64,000 nt of DNA from Tubulanus polymorphus (GCF_964204645.1 NC_134028.1:7502001-7566000); one strand, 5' to 3'. Numbered from the stretch's first letter, positions 14,461-27,329 are shown. Program-made: numbers and translations. Notes: generated by a model not told the origin, from the sequence alone.

Positions 14461-14806
14461 CAAAACTGATAAACACAAGGAAACCTCTGATATGTTAAGA
14501 AATACTAGTTCGCTTTTAACCATCGTCCTTAAAAGTTATGCTGGTGAAACATACGTATTTTAGGGGAAAATTGAACAAATTGGATTGGGTCTGGGGCCAA
14601 AACATTGCTAAAAAAATTGGCTGGCCAAAAAGTTAACCCAAAACTAATGAATATAAGGAAACCTCTGATACGTCAAGAAATACAAGGCAGTTAACTATCA
14701 CCACTAAAAGTTATGCAAGTGAAACAAATTTTTAGGGGAAATTTAAAAAAGAGGATTTTGTCTGGGGCCAATGAAAGTCTCAAAAAGTTGTCTGGCTAAA
14801 AGTTTT
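14461..14806. repeat. Diverged tandem duplication, ~170-180 bp unit x2
   Basis: AAGGAAACCTCTGATA..AAAAGTTATGC..TTTAGGGGAAA..TCTGGGGCCAA..CTGGC occurs twice in the same order (14461-14639 and 14640-14806). Confidence 0.8.
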
Positions 14807-15509
14807 ACTTAGTGGTTACGAGTATTGAAATGGCGTTATCATGACTCAAATCCGACGGTTAGCTTTACCCATCTTTTTTAATTAGTCCCAGAAAAACATG
14901 CGTCGACATAACCAGGATGGGATATTTTTTTCGCTTTCATCTATTGATTAAAGAAACGCACGAGTTACTAATCACAGCAATCCGAACAGCGTTTTTTTGT
15001 GATCGCCGATGAGAGGCATTAGTTATTTGACGGGTATTTGAAGTTGTGTAATAAGTTCTATTAAACAAAAACGAAACGCGAGACTGTTTACAGTCGGCGC
15101 GCATTAAGCGATCTGAAACAACAAAATTTCGTAGATCATTAAAGATGGGTTTAAGATGTTTTCCAGATTTCGAATGCGCAACGAGGAACCTCGTCGAGGT
15201 TGGAACTGCCGCTGGTAACTGAGATGTCGATCTTAAGCAATACACATTTTATCTACGCCCGTCGAGCTAATGTTCAAAATCCGCAATAATCTGTAATGAT
15301 GGTATTTAAAGAGCACTTTAAACGTTGTTAATTACAACGTTTTCGCTCGAACCCCTCGCTGGTAAAATATGTCTGTTGAATCTAAGTACAGCGTATTAGT
15401 CCACATTTCCAGCGTGCCATGCCAGTGCGCGCTGTTAATGATCAACCATGGGTGGGACCTTATCCCAGAATGCGTTCCCAAATACCATGCGAGATTAAAT
15501 GAAATCACG

Positions 15510-15696
15510 AAACCACTATATACAGAATTATAAAAGATTAAAAAAGAATTTTATTTATCAAGAATTAAAATCGAAATACACGACGTTTCGAACTCTCTGA
15601 TCTCTAGTGAGAGTTCGAAACATTGTGTATTTTCATCTTTTAAATTTTTGATAAATGAAATTTAATTTTTAAGTTTTGAATTCTGTGGTGGGTTTT
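15510..15696. repeat. Imperfect ~85 bp-arm inverted repeat, Penelope pLTR-like
   Basis: AAATACACGACGTTTCGAACTCTC / GAGAGTTCGAAACATTGTGTATTT at the centre, with complementarity extending out to CACAGAATT. Each arm reads CGAAAC..(A/G)ATAAA outward. Confidence 0.7.
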
Positions 15697-16731
15697 AAAG
15701 CTATTATCCGTTATCCACGTCAGAGTATGGCTATTCTTACATGGAACAAGATCCCGAATCACTCTTGTCCCTATTGCCTTTGGAATCGTCCTAAACCAAA
15801 ATTGTTGCTTCAAAATGGGACTGCATAAATATCACAGAAGTTCAATGATAAGACGACACGTGGTCGTTTTAACTCTTACCTTTTCTTGGAAACACGATAG
15901 CTCTCACTCGCAATCAAGAACCGATGGTGGAAGTAGTGACGACAGGAAATATGAAATTTCGCTCAGCTGAAATCGACAAGAACATGAAATGAATTTAATT
16001 AATTCCTGGAGCTATACCATTACAGTCAGTAGCGACAGCAATAGCAAATCCTCGTTTTAAAAAGACGGTTTATTGTTTCATAGGACTGATGATACCGATG
16101 TTGATAGACCGTATGCTGCATTTCTATTCAAACAGATAAATCGTATGTCACATTTGAACATGCTAGAACAACATCGAATTGACCGGAAATAAATCATTTG
16201 AAAAAAAAAATGAATTGCGGGATTTCATAATTCACAAATCCGCTACCAACACAAAATCTAAGGAACGCATCCGAATGTCCTAGATTCGACCTTCACAATC
16301 GATGACGATTATGGCACCTATATAATCGCGATTTACACTCGTTTGAAGTCGGGAAATAAATCGAATGCTCAATCGGGCGTTCAGAATTTTGATTGGATTT
16401 TTTTGTGTATAATAACAGAACGGTATACAAGATATACTGGATTCTATCACGGGTACACAATTAAAATCGACGTCTTGAAAATACGTTTTTTTCCAATGGG
16501 TGAAACTTAAACCCTGAAATTGGAGACGAACACGCACCGCGAATCGGAATGATTATTCTGTACAGAAACGTAAACGATCTAAAAATTACAACGGGGAATC
16601 GACTCGACCTGGTTATCGAGTTGTGAGCGCAGGATAACCAATGATCACTGACCCGGCTTAACGAAATTTCTGACGCTCAGAACTATCTTCATGATTTTCA
16701 TAGATATTCGTGTTCATTGAACAACAGGCAG

Positions 16732-16957
16732 GGCGGTTTTCGTAGCTAGTGAACTAGTGGTCGGACTAGTGGTCGGAACTAATAACCGAACGCACCATAT
16801 TCGGTCGTAACGGATTTCACAGTGTCGACCATCTTGAACCTAGGTCCGAACTATAGCTACCGTGCTCAATCGCGTGGTCGATCATTACCACAGTTCCGAT
16901 TGACTGACATTCGGTTTCACTTAGTTCGAATATAGTTCGATATAACCGAAGTTCGCC
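16732..16957. mobile_element. MITE (family D), copy 1, CAG target duplication
   Basis: About 225 bp colinear with 28809-29048. CAG at 16729-16731 and 16958-16960. Confidence 0.75.
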
Positions 16958-19900
16958 CAGGCATCAGTTTAGCTGATATTGGCCAGTGATTCTTTCTACA
17001 GTAACCGCTCAAATGTTTTAAGTTTCAAATATCGAGGTAACGAACATTCGTCTTAGTTGGATCAGTAAAATAAGTAATATTATCTCAACGAACTTGTACA
17101 ATATCATAACAACCGACCATTGCAGTTTTTAAGAGCGAATCAATTGCGAAACCGAAGTACAAAACATGATATCCAAAAATAACTCGAGTATGAGAATCGG
17201 CTTGCGACGTCGAGTTTCTGCCAGAAATCGCGGTGCAAGTGAAAAAGTCCACGGTTCAATGATCGCTAAAAAGCACGTCATCGGACACCGATACTGGATC
17301 TATTCAGGCGGTCGTCCGTTACCACATGACGAGAGTCCTTCAGCTTCTAGCAGGATAGGTTACCGATGACGTGAATATATACGTATATATAGAAACAGAA
17401 ACGAGAAAGCATTTTAGGCGCATTACGATGAACAACGACGTCGCCGTATTGCATTTCGTCGGCCCGACGCAGAAACGTCGGTCTCGGCTGCAGGTAATAA
17501 GAACCAATTATAAAAAGTAGCGATGGAAACAACATGCCACAGTACCATTCGTAGCTGTTCGAGCGTTTACTGCCATCAGGCTCGAGCAGGCGATTCCTCT
17601 ATCACGTCGAGTCGAAGACGTGGACGGCCTGCGGGAGCGTATACGTCGGCTACGGGTCTTTGCATATTCATTTTATTCACCTTTTAGTCGACGGCCTTGG
17701 GCGTTATTTGTTTAAATGGTTATTGTGCTCTCGGGTAGGAATGCTAAGGCGAGAGACTCTTCAGCTTGACAATCCGTGTTCGACGATATATCTGAGAGAA
17801 ATCTAACGGCGTACGCTCTTCAGAGATAATGGAGATCGCGTTCATCGTTATCAGTTTTTATTGAGTCGTCGATGAAAATGTACAACAACGAACGACTATG
17901 TATAAAGGAACGTCATTTTCCCCCGGTTTTTTAACGCTTAAGCTAAATTTATGATCGGATATTCAAATAGCTACGTACGACCAGTGCGGCCGGAATAAAA
18001 AGCGACCAACTCGACAGTACACACCGAGTTGAATAGTTGTGGGTTGAATAAGGAACCAGTTCCACAGCCGCGGTCGGCAATACGACCACGGTTTGAATGG
18101 AGACTGTTTCCAAGATCTGCGATTCATTGTCTTGTACAGAATACATCGCCGTTCAAAAACTTTGTTGTTTTTTTCTAGATCGACTAAGAGTGGCACTTCG
18201 TGAAAAAAAAATCAATTAATATATTAACATGAACGGATATCTTAAACAAAAAGCGCTTTAGAAATAAACTCTCCAAATTGCAAATATAAATTGAAAAAGC
18301 TTAAAACTAAAGTTGAATGAGTAGCTTAGGCTTTTCGGTTCTTAGAACTGACAATTGGGTTGTGTCTGAAGTGTTTCGTTGCGCGCGATTAGAACGAAGG
18401 TCGCGAGGCATGTATCATTCCATTCGTCTATAATACAGACGAATCTTCAATGAGGAATCTCGATAGCTCTTGAAGTTATTCATTCTATGAAAATGCTCCA
18501 CATGCATGAGAAAAGAAAATAAATTTCACGTTACGTAACTATTTGTTACGTCAGTTACGTCAATATATTCTATCAGGAAATACATAATAGAATGAGTTTA
18601 TACCCTAAAAAGCTCTTTTCATAAGAACATTGGAAATAATCTTATTCGCCGGCATATTTTGACACGTTCATTCATTCGGTGTTTCTGCTACGTTTGAGAG
18701 CGTGAATATGAGTGTTGGCTTCTTGTAGTGAGGCCAAAAGTTATTCTAGGTGCGAGTTTCAAAATTCATTTGCTCCATATTCTACAAAACAATTTGAGCA
18801 CTGATAATTCTGTCATTCGATATACATTACAAGGTGGCAAAAAGATGGCGAAAAACCAAAAATAATGCGCAGGTAAATATACATTTTTGTAGGTAAATAT
18901 ACATTAATATAGTCACAATATAATTTTGCTTTAAAAAAAATGCGCGTACGTATCAGATGGAAAAAGGTGAATATAGTGTAATTTGAATCTAACTTCTAAT
19001 ATGTCACAAGTGTTGTCAACCGTTCTATTCTAGAATATTTTCCTACTAAGATTAAAGACTAAAGACTATATACAAGCCTCATGGCAGGCTCCCTTGTCTA
19101 TTCAATATACGAATATATATAGGGAGACGATTGTGATACGGGAAGTTGGAATTGAGAGTTTAGACAGGGCACTATATCGCGTGTCTACGATAACATTTAC
19201 AGGGTACACTCTACGCGAATATTTCACCAATAATCGTACATTCAGAAATTAGAGCTGAAAATTACATATTACGCAGGCCTACAAAACAAAAATTAGATGA
19301 CACCAGCTCTATACCGCTTGTAAGTCTTCCCGTTGAAAAGGACTGCTGAAAACCAGTCGAGACCCTTAAAAGAAATGTAGCCGTCGATGAAGGTGGTTGA
19401 AGGTTTTTGGGATGCTGATTAAATCCATATTTTGAAGATCGGAACACAAGGTTTTCTACCGACAAAAAAACCGTCCGTAATACGGTCAGAATTCCCCTTG
19501 TATTAGTCTTTAAACTGGTACAACAGTGAACCGCAGAACAATCTGCAATTCGATTCACCGAGAAAATCCACAGGGAAGCCTGTGAGTAACGAGGTAGAAT
19601 CCTGGAAGATTTAAGTACGTGTACATTCGAGATGGGTGCGAAAATTGGCCACTTTTCGCTATCTAAATAATGCCTGAAATTGCGTACACGGTGGATGGTT
19701 GAAAACCGGAGTAAAATTTCGCGTGAACGTTATTCACGGCTAGCTCTCGTTAGAGTTGGAGGGCAATTTTCAACGGTTTGAATATAGATCGTCAAATCCC
19801 GTTTTATATTCGTCACCATCTGGTATAAAGTGTTTCGTGCATAACACTTGAATATCTGACAACAAAACAGGAATACAGATATTATGTATAATATTAAAAA

Positions 19901-21053
19901 AGATGAAAACGATCCACCGCAGAAACACAGATCCATTAACACGGAATTAATGGTTTTTTGACTAACATATTGATATCCGATTCAGCAACCTATCAAACTT
20001 GTGTATCCTTTATTTGTAAGAGACCAAGTCTATATCAATGTGAAATATTTTTTCATTATCCCCTGATCTTGATTTCATTTGATGTCATGTTTCATATAGA
20101 CCTCTAACAAACGGTTGAAAGTCTACGATAAAATTGCATTCATTCCCCGTTGTTCCCCGTTGTCCGATCATTGTCCTCGAAATTGGAGTCGATGTCGAGC
20201 GACGACGGCCTTCGAAAGTAAAAAACACAGCGTGTGGTTTTTATTAATTACTTAGCGACGTCTGGAGTTTCATCAAATATTGGTTCTCGCTGTCTTCACT
20301 CTATAATGTGCCGACAACACATTCCACTGATTGCGTGTGATTTTGGCCCGGTCTTAGAACTGATGAAGTCTCAACAAGTCAGAAGAAAAACACGGCCGTC
20401 TTTCGCTCACACTGATTGACAAAGGCTATACTGAATGATTAATTCAACAGACTTTTCGACGAGTAGATATTGAGAAAAAAAATTAAACCGACGCACAGCT
20501 GTGGGTGCTGAAAGAAAATTCAATGAAAGATCCATCGATTTAGTCCTCGAGACATTTTTTTCGGGAAGAAAGACTCATGTTTAATTTGAATTTCAACTAT
20601 CTATTCTCTTTAAGGTTCAATGATCCCGATGGGTCAGATCGGTTCAATCGTTTTGGTTGAAAGTTTTTTATTTTAGGGGATTCCGCTGCGATGTACGAAT
20701 CAGACATTCTTTCTGAACACTAATGAAGTGTTATACTGTTTGTAATCCGGCGTTATTCTGACTGCTATTTATTGGCGAGATCTCGCGATCACCGAAAAAC
20801 CGATAAAAGGCCGTATCTTTTCGTCCCATGTGCATTGTTTCATCGTTATTTCCATTTTCGCGTCTACTATCTTCGAGTCAAAAGAGAAAGCTGGTTTGAA
20901 CTATTCAATGACTACGATTACATGCCTTCATCCCTGGCGAATGTCTTATTCATAAGCTATTTCAATTTTAGATCTTAGGTAGAGAGTCTAGATAATTCAA
21001 AATCCATAGAAGCAAAAACAGTACAAATCTCACTTTCTAATGAGTAATATATA

Positions 21054-21104
21054 TTTATTATAGCGAACGTTTTCGGGAGTTACATTATCCCCTATTCAGG
21101 CATA
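21054..21104 (-). ncRNA. Hammerhead-ribozyme-like motif (variant core) in inverted Penelope pLTR piece
   Basis: Minus strand reads TATGC-CTGAATAG-GGGA-TAATGTAAC-TCCC-GAAA-ACGTTC-GCTAT-AATAAA: core CUGA, stem II GGGA/UCCC, GAAA, palindromic AACGTT, then a poly(A) signal. Core position 8 is U rather than canonical G. Confidence 0.5.
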
Positions 21105-21161
21105 GCGCAAGTGATTTAATTTACATATCATACTGGTATTTATCCTAGATCTAGATCAGAA

Positions 21162-21422
21162 GATATAGGTAAAACAAAAAGACACCTAGTAACAAGAGTT
21201 AAGGAGCACGATCTTAAGACTTCAGCAATTGGCCAACATCTGTCAAATTCCCGTGACTGTCAGGTCTCGTTTAGCGAAAAGAATTTCAGAATTTTAGATA
21301 AAGAATCTTCTGATTTAGATTGCAAAATTAGAGAAGCACTTTTTATCAAAACTCAACAGCCCTCCCTCAATCAACAACTATTCGAACACGGGTCAGGATT
21401 CATTCTCAATGTTTTTAGATAA
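21162..21422 (+). mobile_element. Penelope-like element fragment: C-terminal GIY-YIG endonuclease region
   Basis: Open frame without ATG (absent from the ORF track): DIGKTKRHLVTRVKEHDLKTSAIGQHLSNSRDCQVSFSEKNFRILDKESSDLDCKIREALFIKTQQPSLNQQLFEHGSGFILNVFR*. It carries the (Y)IG-x-T-x-R-x-L..R..EH, SA..H, F-x-IL, E-A..I..P-x-LN motifs of Penelope GIY-YIG domains. Confidence 0.9.
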
Positions 21423-23080
21423 TTAACTACTAGTCAAATATTTCAATTTTGTTTCGTCCCGGTAGTCAAATCAGGGAATGATTTCACCTATTTATAATAC
21501 ATTATCATAAATGAATACGCGATCTATGATATCGGCCCCTGGTCAACAGACGTCAAGTAGTAGCTCTCTCTTTTTTTCATTTCGCACCATGCCTTCATTT
21601 AAGCTGTTCACGACGTCGTGGCCGAAGAAATTGCCTGTTACGGCGCAATCATGCACACCACGGAGGCAGTAACTCAGCACGCCTGTCGTGAATAACGTCA
21701 CAATAAGCCTACTGGATACTATATAGCCGGACTTTCCGTCACAACCCAGCAATTATTATAAGTTGCCCGGATCAATCGAGCGAATATCTCGCGCCATATC
21801 GCAGATGTTTTTTCCCCGGCTCGTGAGCGATACAGATTTTATGAACTGCTCAACCCGCGAGCTGCGAAAAAAGTTGTACGAGAGTTAGGAAATGATCGTG
21901 ATTCGAATTTGATTCAAATCGTTTAGATCTTCCGCGCTAATCAGTGACTGAATGCATGCTTTTTTCACATTCATATAGATAAACTACAAACTTGTTTCCC
22001 AAAAATATGATTTGTCTTAATGAAGATGTGATACAACGTATACGAACGCCTAAAGGTCGTATCTCGAAAAGTAGTAAAGTAAATGGTTTTATAGGCCACC
22101 CGTCAGTCAAAGTGGTGATATCATGCAACATGACCAATGGAGTGACCGGCACTTCAGAAAATCATGGGGTCCACCCTCGTGAATATTTCAAAAAAGACCA
22201 GAGGTGAGAATACGGTATACATAGATTCGATGATAATGGAACGGACAAGAAAGGGGATTGAACTAAGAGAAAGTGTACGCAACCCAAAAGGTTTCTCACG
22301 ATGCAAATAATCCGTCGAATCAGAGCATTATAAGCATCTATGGTTGCAAAAAGGGTTTGTTTTTTAATCTTCATCCAAAACGTCAGTGGACGAGAAAGCG
22401 AATTGACTTATATGAATATTCATACCGTTATTTAATAAGTTGATTATAAAAGAATGTTTGACTTTTGCTGAACCGATCAATGCCTGAGCGACAGATGATT
22501 TATTGAAAGAAATGTGTTGCAGGTTTTCAATTAAACGTCGATGCGTGAAAAAAATGATTATTCGGCTAGGTTCACCTGCCACTTGCGTATTCCCCGGTGG
22601 GAGCAATTGAAAATGCTGTAAGTAGTCATTACAATAGGAAAAAATGTACATCAAACGAAAATAGAAAATCTAAAAACCAATAAGTACTTTTATCGATACA
22701 GTATTGCGGTTCTATCGTTATTCATATGGCATATGAAATATATGAAAATTATGGGATCGATGCAGTTTAGCTACCACTCGGCGTAACGCGCATTCGCCCC
22801 ATGTTGTAACCTTTTTGATCGAAAGTAAATTAGTACCTTAAACGGCTGTCTACTAGGCAGTTTTGTCTTTGGTATCAGAAGTAGGTGAAGAATCCTCTCC
22901 GTATCTCATCTATCTAAAGTTTAAATATGTCACATGCAGGGTGTGTGGTTTCCACGAGTGGGATAAGGACCGGGGCATTTTGATTCTACGCAGGAAAACT
23001 ATGAAGGTTAAGCCCGTCTCAGACAAAAAAGAATCGTCTATTCTTGACAGCAATTTAGTGGACTCATGTGTTACTTAGAC

Positions 23081-23118
23081 CATGGACGTATAAACTAGAT
23101 CTAGTTTATACGTCCATG
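23081..23118. mobile_element. 38-bp perfect palindromic mini-element with 7-bp TSD (P-superfamily-like)
   Basis: CATGGACGTATAAACTAGA|TCTAGTTTATACGTCCATG is flanked by CTTAGAC on both sides (23074-23080, 23119-23125). Confidence 0.8.
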
Positions 23119-24154
23119 CTTAGACTATTACGGTATGGGGATGTTCTGTACAAAAGGGTCTTGTTTCTAATACAAATGCATCATTAGGTTAGCTAATTTT
23201 CGTCTAGAATTAATAACCGTTTCTCGACAATTGTCGACTTAGTATTTCAAAGTACCAGGGGGATATACTTAATGTTCAAGCTTTTCGTTATTCGGAACTA
23301 TTCTATTTCTAATTCAATCAGACATATTATCGATTTCATATTCGAAATTCGTCTCTATTCGTGAAATAACGTGTAATATTTTAATGACAATCGATGATGA
23401 AAACAAAAGACAAACAACAGCATTTATTCAGACGTGTACATGTAGTTAGATAAGGAGAATCGTTTTTCGATGACAGCTGAACCCTAAAAAAAACGTCACC
23501 ACAGTGACAGGTATTATGATATAAGGAATCCCTTACATATTCTCTATTTGCATACCCGTTGATGATATGCGCTGAAAATAGTTTTTAATGCATCGGAAAT
23601 ACCAGGTTTACAACCTGTTTCAAATAAAAGCAGGCGTGTATTCAGCGAGGAATGGTTATTTTTGAAAAGCCTCGATCTTGGAATTTCAGCGCGGTGGATC
23701 TATTATCGAAAAATTTATGCGACCGCCTCAACCGGAGACAACATTCCATCACATCCTCTGTTCGTTCCAGTCCACTTTCTAGACAATGGAAATATATGTA
23801 TTTCAAGTGATTTCTATTTTGCTGCGCTTAGCTACATATATAGCAGATATAAGAAGTACGGCTTCACTTGGCACACGTCGTCGTGAACGAGTACTTGATT
23901 AATAGACGAAGTTCCTTATTCGATGAACGTCGATTTATTGTCGAATCTAATAGTCGAATTTCGAGAAGATTTTTCTATCGGCGACTGATGATAGGATTTG
24001 CTTCCCAGACGGTCATCGAATCACCATCTTACATGACGAACAATTAGTTAAACGATCGCGAGTTGCAATCAAAGAATGCTGTCTTGAAAATTGAATTCGA
24101 GCCCGTCTCGAACGCCGTAGCTTCGTGACCTTCACTCATTATCTTGTCACAACC

Positions 24155-24496
24155 CATCCTCCCCGCCAGGGATTCGAACCTGATGGCGTCGAGATTGCCA
24201 CGATACGTAACCTGCCACACTAGACCGAGTGCGCAGCTACACGCGCAGCTAAGATGGTGTCATTATAAGCCAATCAGAAATCCCGTTTTATTTTAGCCCG
24301 GGTTTTCCCATTTAAAGTTCTTCCGTGAAATCTATACCTCAACGATTATACAACGAGCAATCTGATTGGTGCCGCAAGTTTTCGCACGGCAGAGCTGCGC
24401 ATGTACCTGGGCACCAGGTCTACTGAGGCAAGGGTTCGTACCGTGGCTCTGAGTGTAGCAATGCCATCAGGTTCGAATCCCTGCCGAGGGAGGATG
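24155..24496 (+). mobile_element. MITE with tRNA-like (A/B box) inverted arms and 9-bp TSD, copy 1
   Basis: TIR CATCCTCCC..AGGGATTCGAACCTGATGGC / GCCATCAGGTTCGAATCCCT..GGGAGGATG; flanks GTCACAACC / GTCACAGCC (8 of 9 match). Confidence 0.85.
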
Positions 24497-26211
24497 GTCA
24501 CAGCCACTAACAATACTGGGAACGTCACTGATACTGAACTATTTTGGCGATTGGGCAGACTTGCCCGTAAAAACAGGAATGATTACAATGACAACTGTCT
24601 GGGCAGTGCATTGTTTTCAAAGTGTTTCTGACAATTCGGGGTAGTTCATGGCTCTGAGGAAGTACACGTATTTTCAACCGTATATGGATTTATGTATGGC
24701 TTAAGTGAGTGGAATGTTACGGGTAACCGTAATTCACATTCACGGATGTTAAAAACTGTCAAGGGAGAGTTAAGCACTACATACTTGTACTGTTGTCATA
24801 CGACGCTACTTACAAATACAGCTGTGGATTAGAAGATTTGTAAACACAATATATTATATTGGTCGAGAACTATTTTGCCCGTTTAGCGGCCTATCCAGAT
24901 ATGTAGTTTTATTCTTACTCAGAGCTCAGAAAATCATACTGATATCTGAGTAGAAAAAATGAATTTATTGTATATCTGGTTGGTCTTCTGACAATATATG
25001 GATTCGGGAGTTTAGAATTTAGTTAAAAGTTCATTGGAAATGTACTAATTTAGTTTGACAACGTAAGACCTAGTGTTCGTAACGCCATCTGGTGGGATGG
25101 CTGGTGTTGTGGGTTCCCCGTTATTTTGGTATATTTTCATCCAGCGTTCACGATGAGAGTTTGGTGAAATAGAGCACGACGTGAACGTCTGATGAGAACG
25201 GTCACGGCTGATCTATACATTCGTCTACATGGTGCCCTGACGGATGCAAGTTTACACCCGGATCATGGTAAGCTGCTACACTCGGCATGAAATCCGTCGG
25301 TAATTCTAGACTTTATTACCTCCCCTGACCACGCGGTTTAGTTCGTGTCAGCAGGTTCAGACAGCTAGCAGACTTTCTAATCAGCGCGCTATTAGATCGA
25401 AATTACGAATGCGTGTGAAAGGAAACCAGCTGGGCCATCACGCCAAAATTCGCAAACTATTTTCAAACTGTCGGAGGTTTAGGTAAATCGCGGGTAAAAG
25501 TTCAGGTTAACTTAGCGTCTCAATGCCGTGTAATATCTCCTAGCCTGTTAAGCTGAGTGAGTCAAATCATCTTCTAATCACAAAATATTATCCCTTCGTG
25601 ATATATACGGGGATCCAAACTCCAGAAAACAAGACATTCCTTTTTATCTCATATCTCTACCTTAACTATATTACGGAGTGTATCGTGTGATGACCATCTG
25701 TTTAGGTTTATTACGTCGTATAATCAAAACGATACTGAAGTGGGTTGATTGGTTCGCGACTTTAACGCTTCCATGGATAAGGATAGAGATATTCATCTAG
25801 GTCATTTGTACAAACTGTTGCTTCAAAACAGTCCGTCATCTAATATTATTACATTTTTAATGCATTCATTTATTCATCAATGCAATGAAAATTTCATATG
25901 AAAGTAAATTATATCATATCATTTGAAATAACCTGTTTTATTTTATTTGATTTTTTCGATATATTTTGACTGCTTCTTACAATTTCATTCTATATGATAT
26001 GATATGATTTATTTTCAAGTAAAATTTCAAGTAAATATGAATTAAGTGTGTTTGTAGGCCTACGTTTTATTTTCTTATTCTAAAATCTGTGACGTTTTTG
26101 GAAATCTGATACGTAATTTATAACATAAAGATCGATACAGAGTTGAATTGGTACAGGAAACGACGGGCAACGTGAATACTACGATCAGTATATCTAACTG
26201 AAGGTACCCAG

Positions 26212-26312
26212 GATCCAGTTCCACAGTTCTGAGTTAAATTTGACTCTAGAGTTTGAAAATGTACTAACTTTAACTCAGAGTTAACTCAAACTCACAACTG
26301 TGGAACTGGGCC
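26212..26312. mobile_element. ~100 bp MITE, PIF/Harbinger-like, CAG TSD
   Basis: GATCCAGTTCCACAGTT / AACTGTGGAACTGGGCC inverted termini; internal GAGTTAA/TTAACTC symmetry; CAG on both flanks. Confidence 0.75.
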
Positions 26313-27260
26313 CAGGATCTTTGAGGTGGATATATGATGAACGGAGTAGTAACGGTTTATCCCTGCTAATTCTACGGGTTTGAAATAGTTCACGTTTATC
26401 AATACGTATCGCAGACGATTTCGGGGGGAGCAATTTATAGACACGCAATGCGCCAGCTAGAGTTGCGGAGTCGTTCTGGAAATTGGACTCATTAAATACG
26501 TATTATGGAAATTTCATTCATTGCCGGCGATCGGCAGAAGTATTGTGGGTTGCAGTGCGGCGCGTTTCCGGTAGATTTACACGTCCGTGCTCCGCGAACG
26601 ATAATCACGTGACCAGGACTGAACCTGCGCCGGAATTCGTTCGGTAACAGCTCGGTTACTTCCGGGAAACGCGGAAATAACGTGACTTTACAACGGCGCA
26701 GTAGTCGGGCGCTAAACTCCACTCAGGTTGTCGCGATAATAAACGCATTTGATATCAACAGCGCCGTTGATATGTGACTTAATAAACTACGCAGAACAGA
26801 ACGATGAATGCACCAGTGTTTGAAGAGAAAAAATGCCGGATATGTCATTGAAATAGAATTCCCGACACCTAGATGCATTATAGTACTTCAAACTTTAATA
26901 TCGCGATTAGTCGACGACGATTAATACATATCCCTTCCACGTGACCTTGACTACAAAACTAAATCGATGAAATATACCTAAAACGATTGGCATTAAGCCA
27001 TATAGTTCAAATTATTGTCTATTTACACGATTTTCAAATTGTCGTCGACAGCGGAAATGGGGTAATACGTGAAAGGTTAATGGTGAATGGCATACCGAAC
27101 TATAGGACACGGGAATTTAGGTGATAAATCAACACGTTCTGATGTGGCATATAGTAAATGCCACACCAGAACGCGTTTGTATAACATAAAGATGTATTAC
27201 ATCAAACGTTTCATCTGTTATCATCATTGGCGATGTTCCCAGCCCTTACCGAGATCAATT

Positions 27261-27303
27261 CGATTCTCCACCAATGTAACGATTCTCCACCAATGTAACG
27301 ATT
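27261..27303. repeat. 19-bp tandem duplication
   Basis: CGATTCTCCACCAATGTAA x2 plus a partial third unit. Confidence 0.85.
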
Positions 27304-27329
27304 AAGAGAAGTGACAGTGAAATTACGCG

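Noticed and set aside
19300-19615. Degraded coding-like stretch
   Set aside because: Multiple stops in all plus-strand frames and no recognisable motif on either strand.
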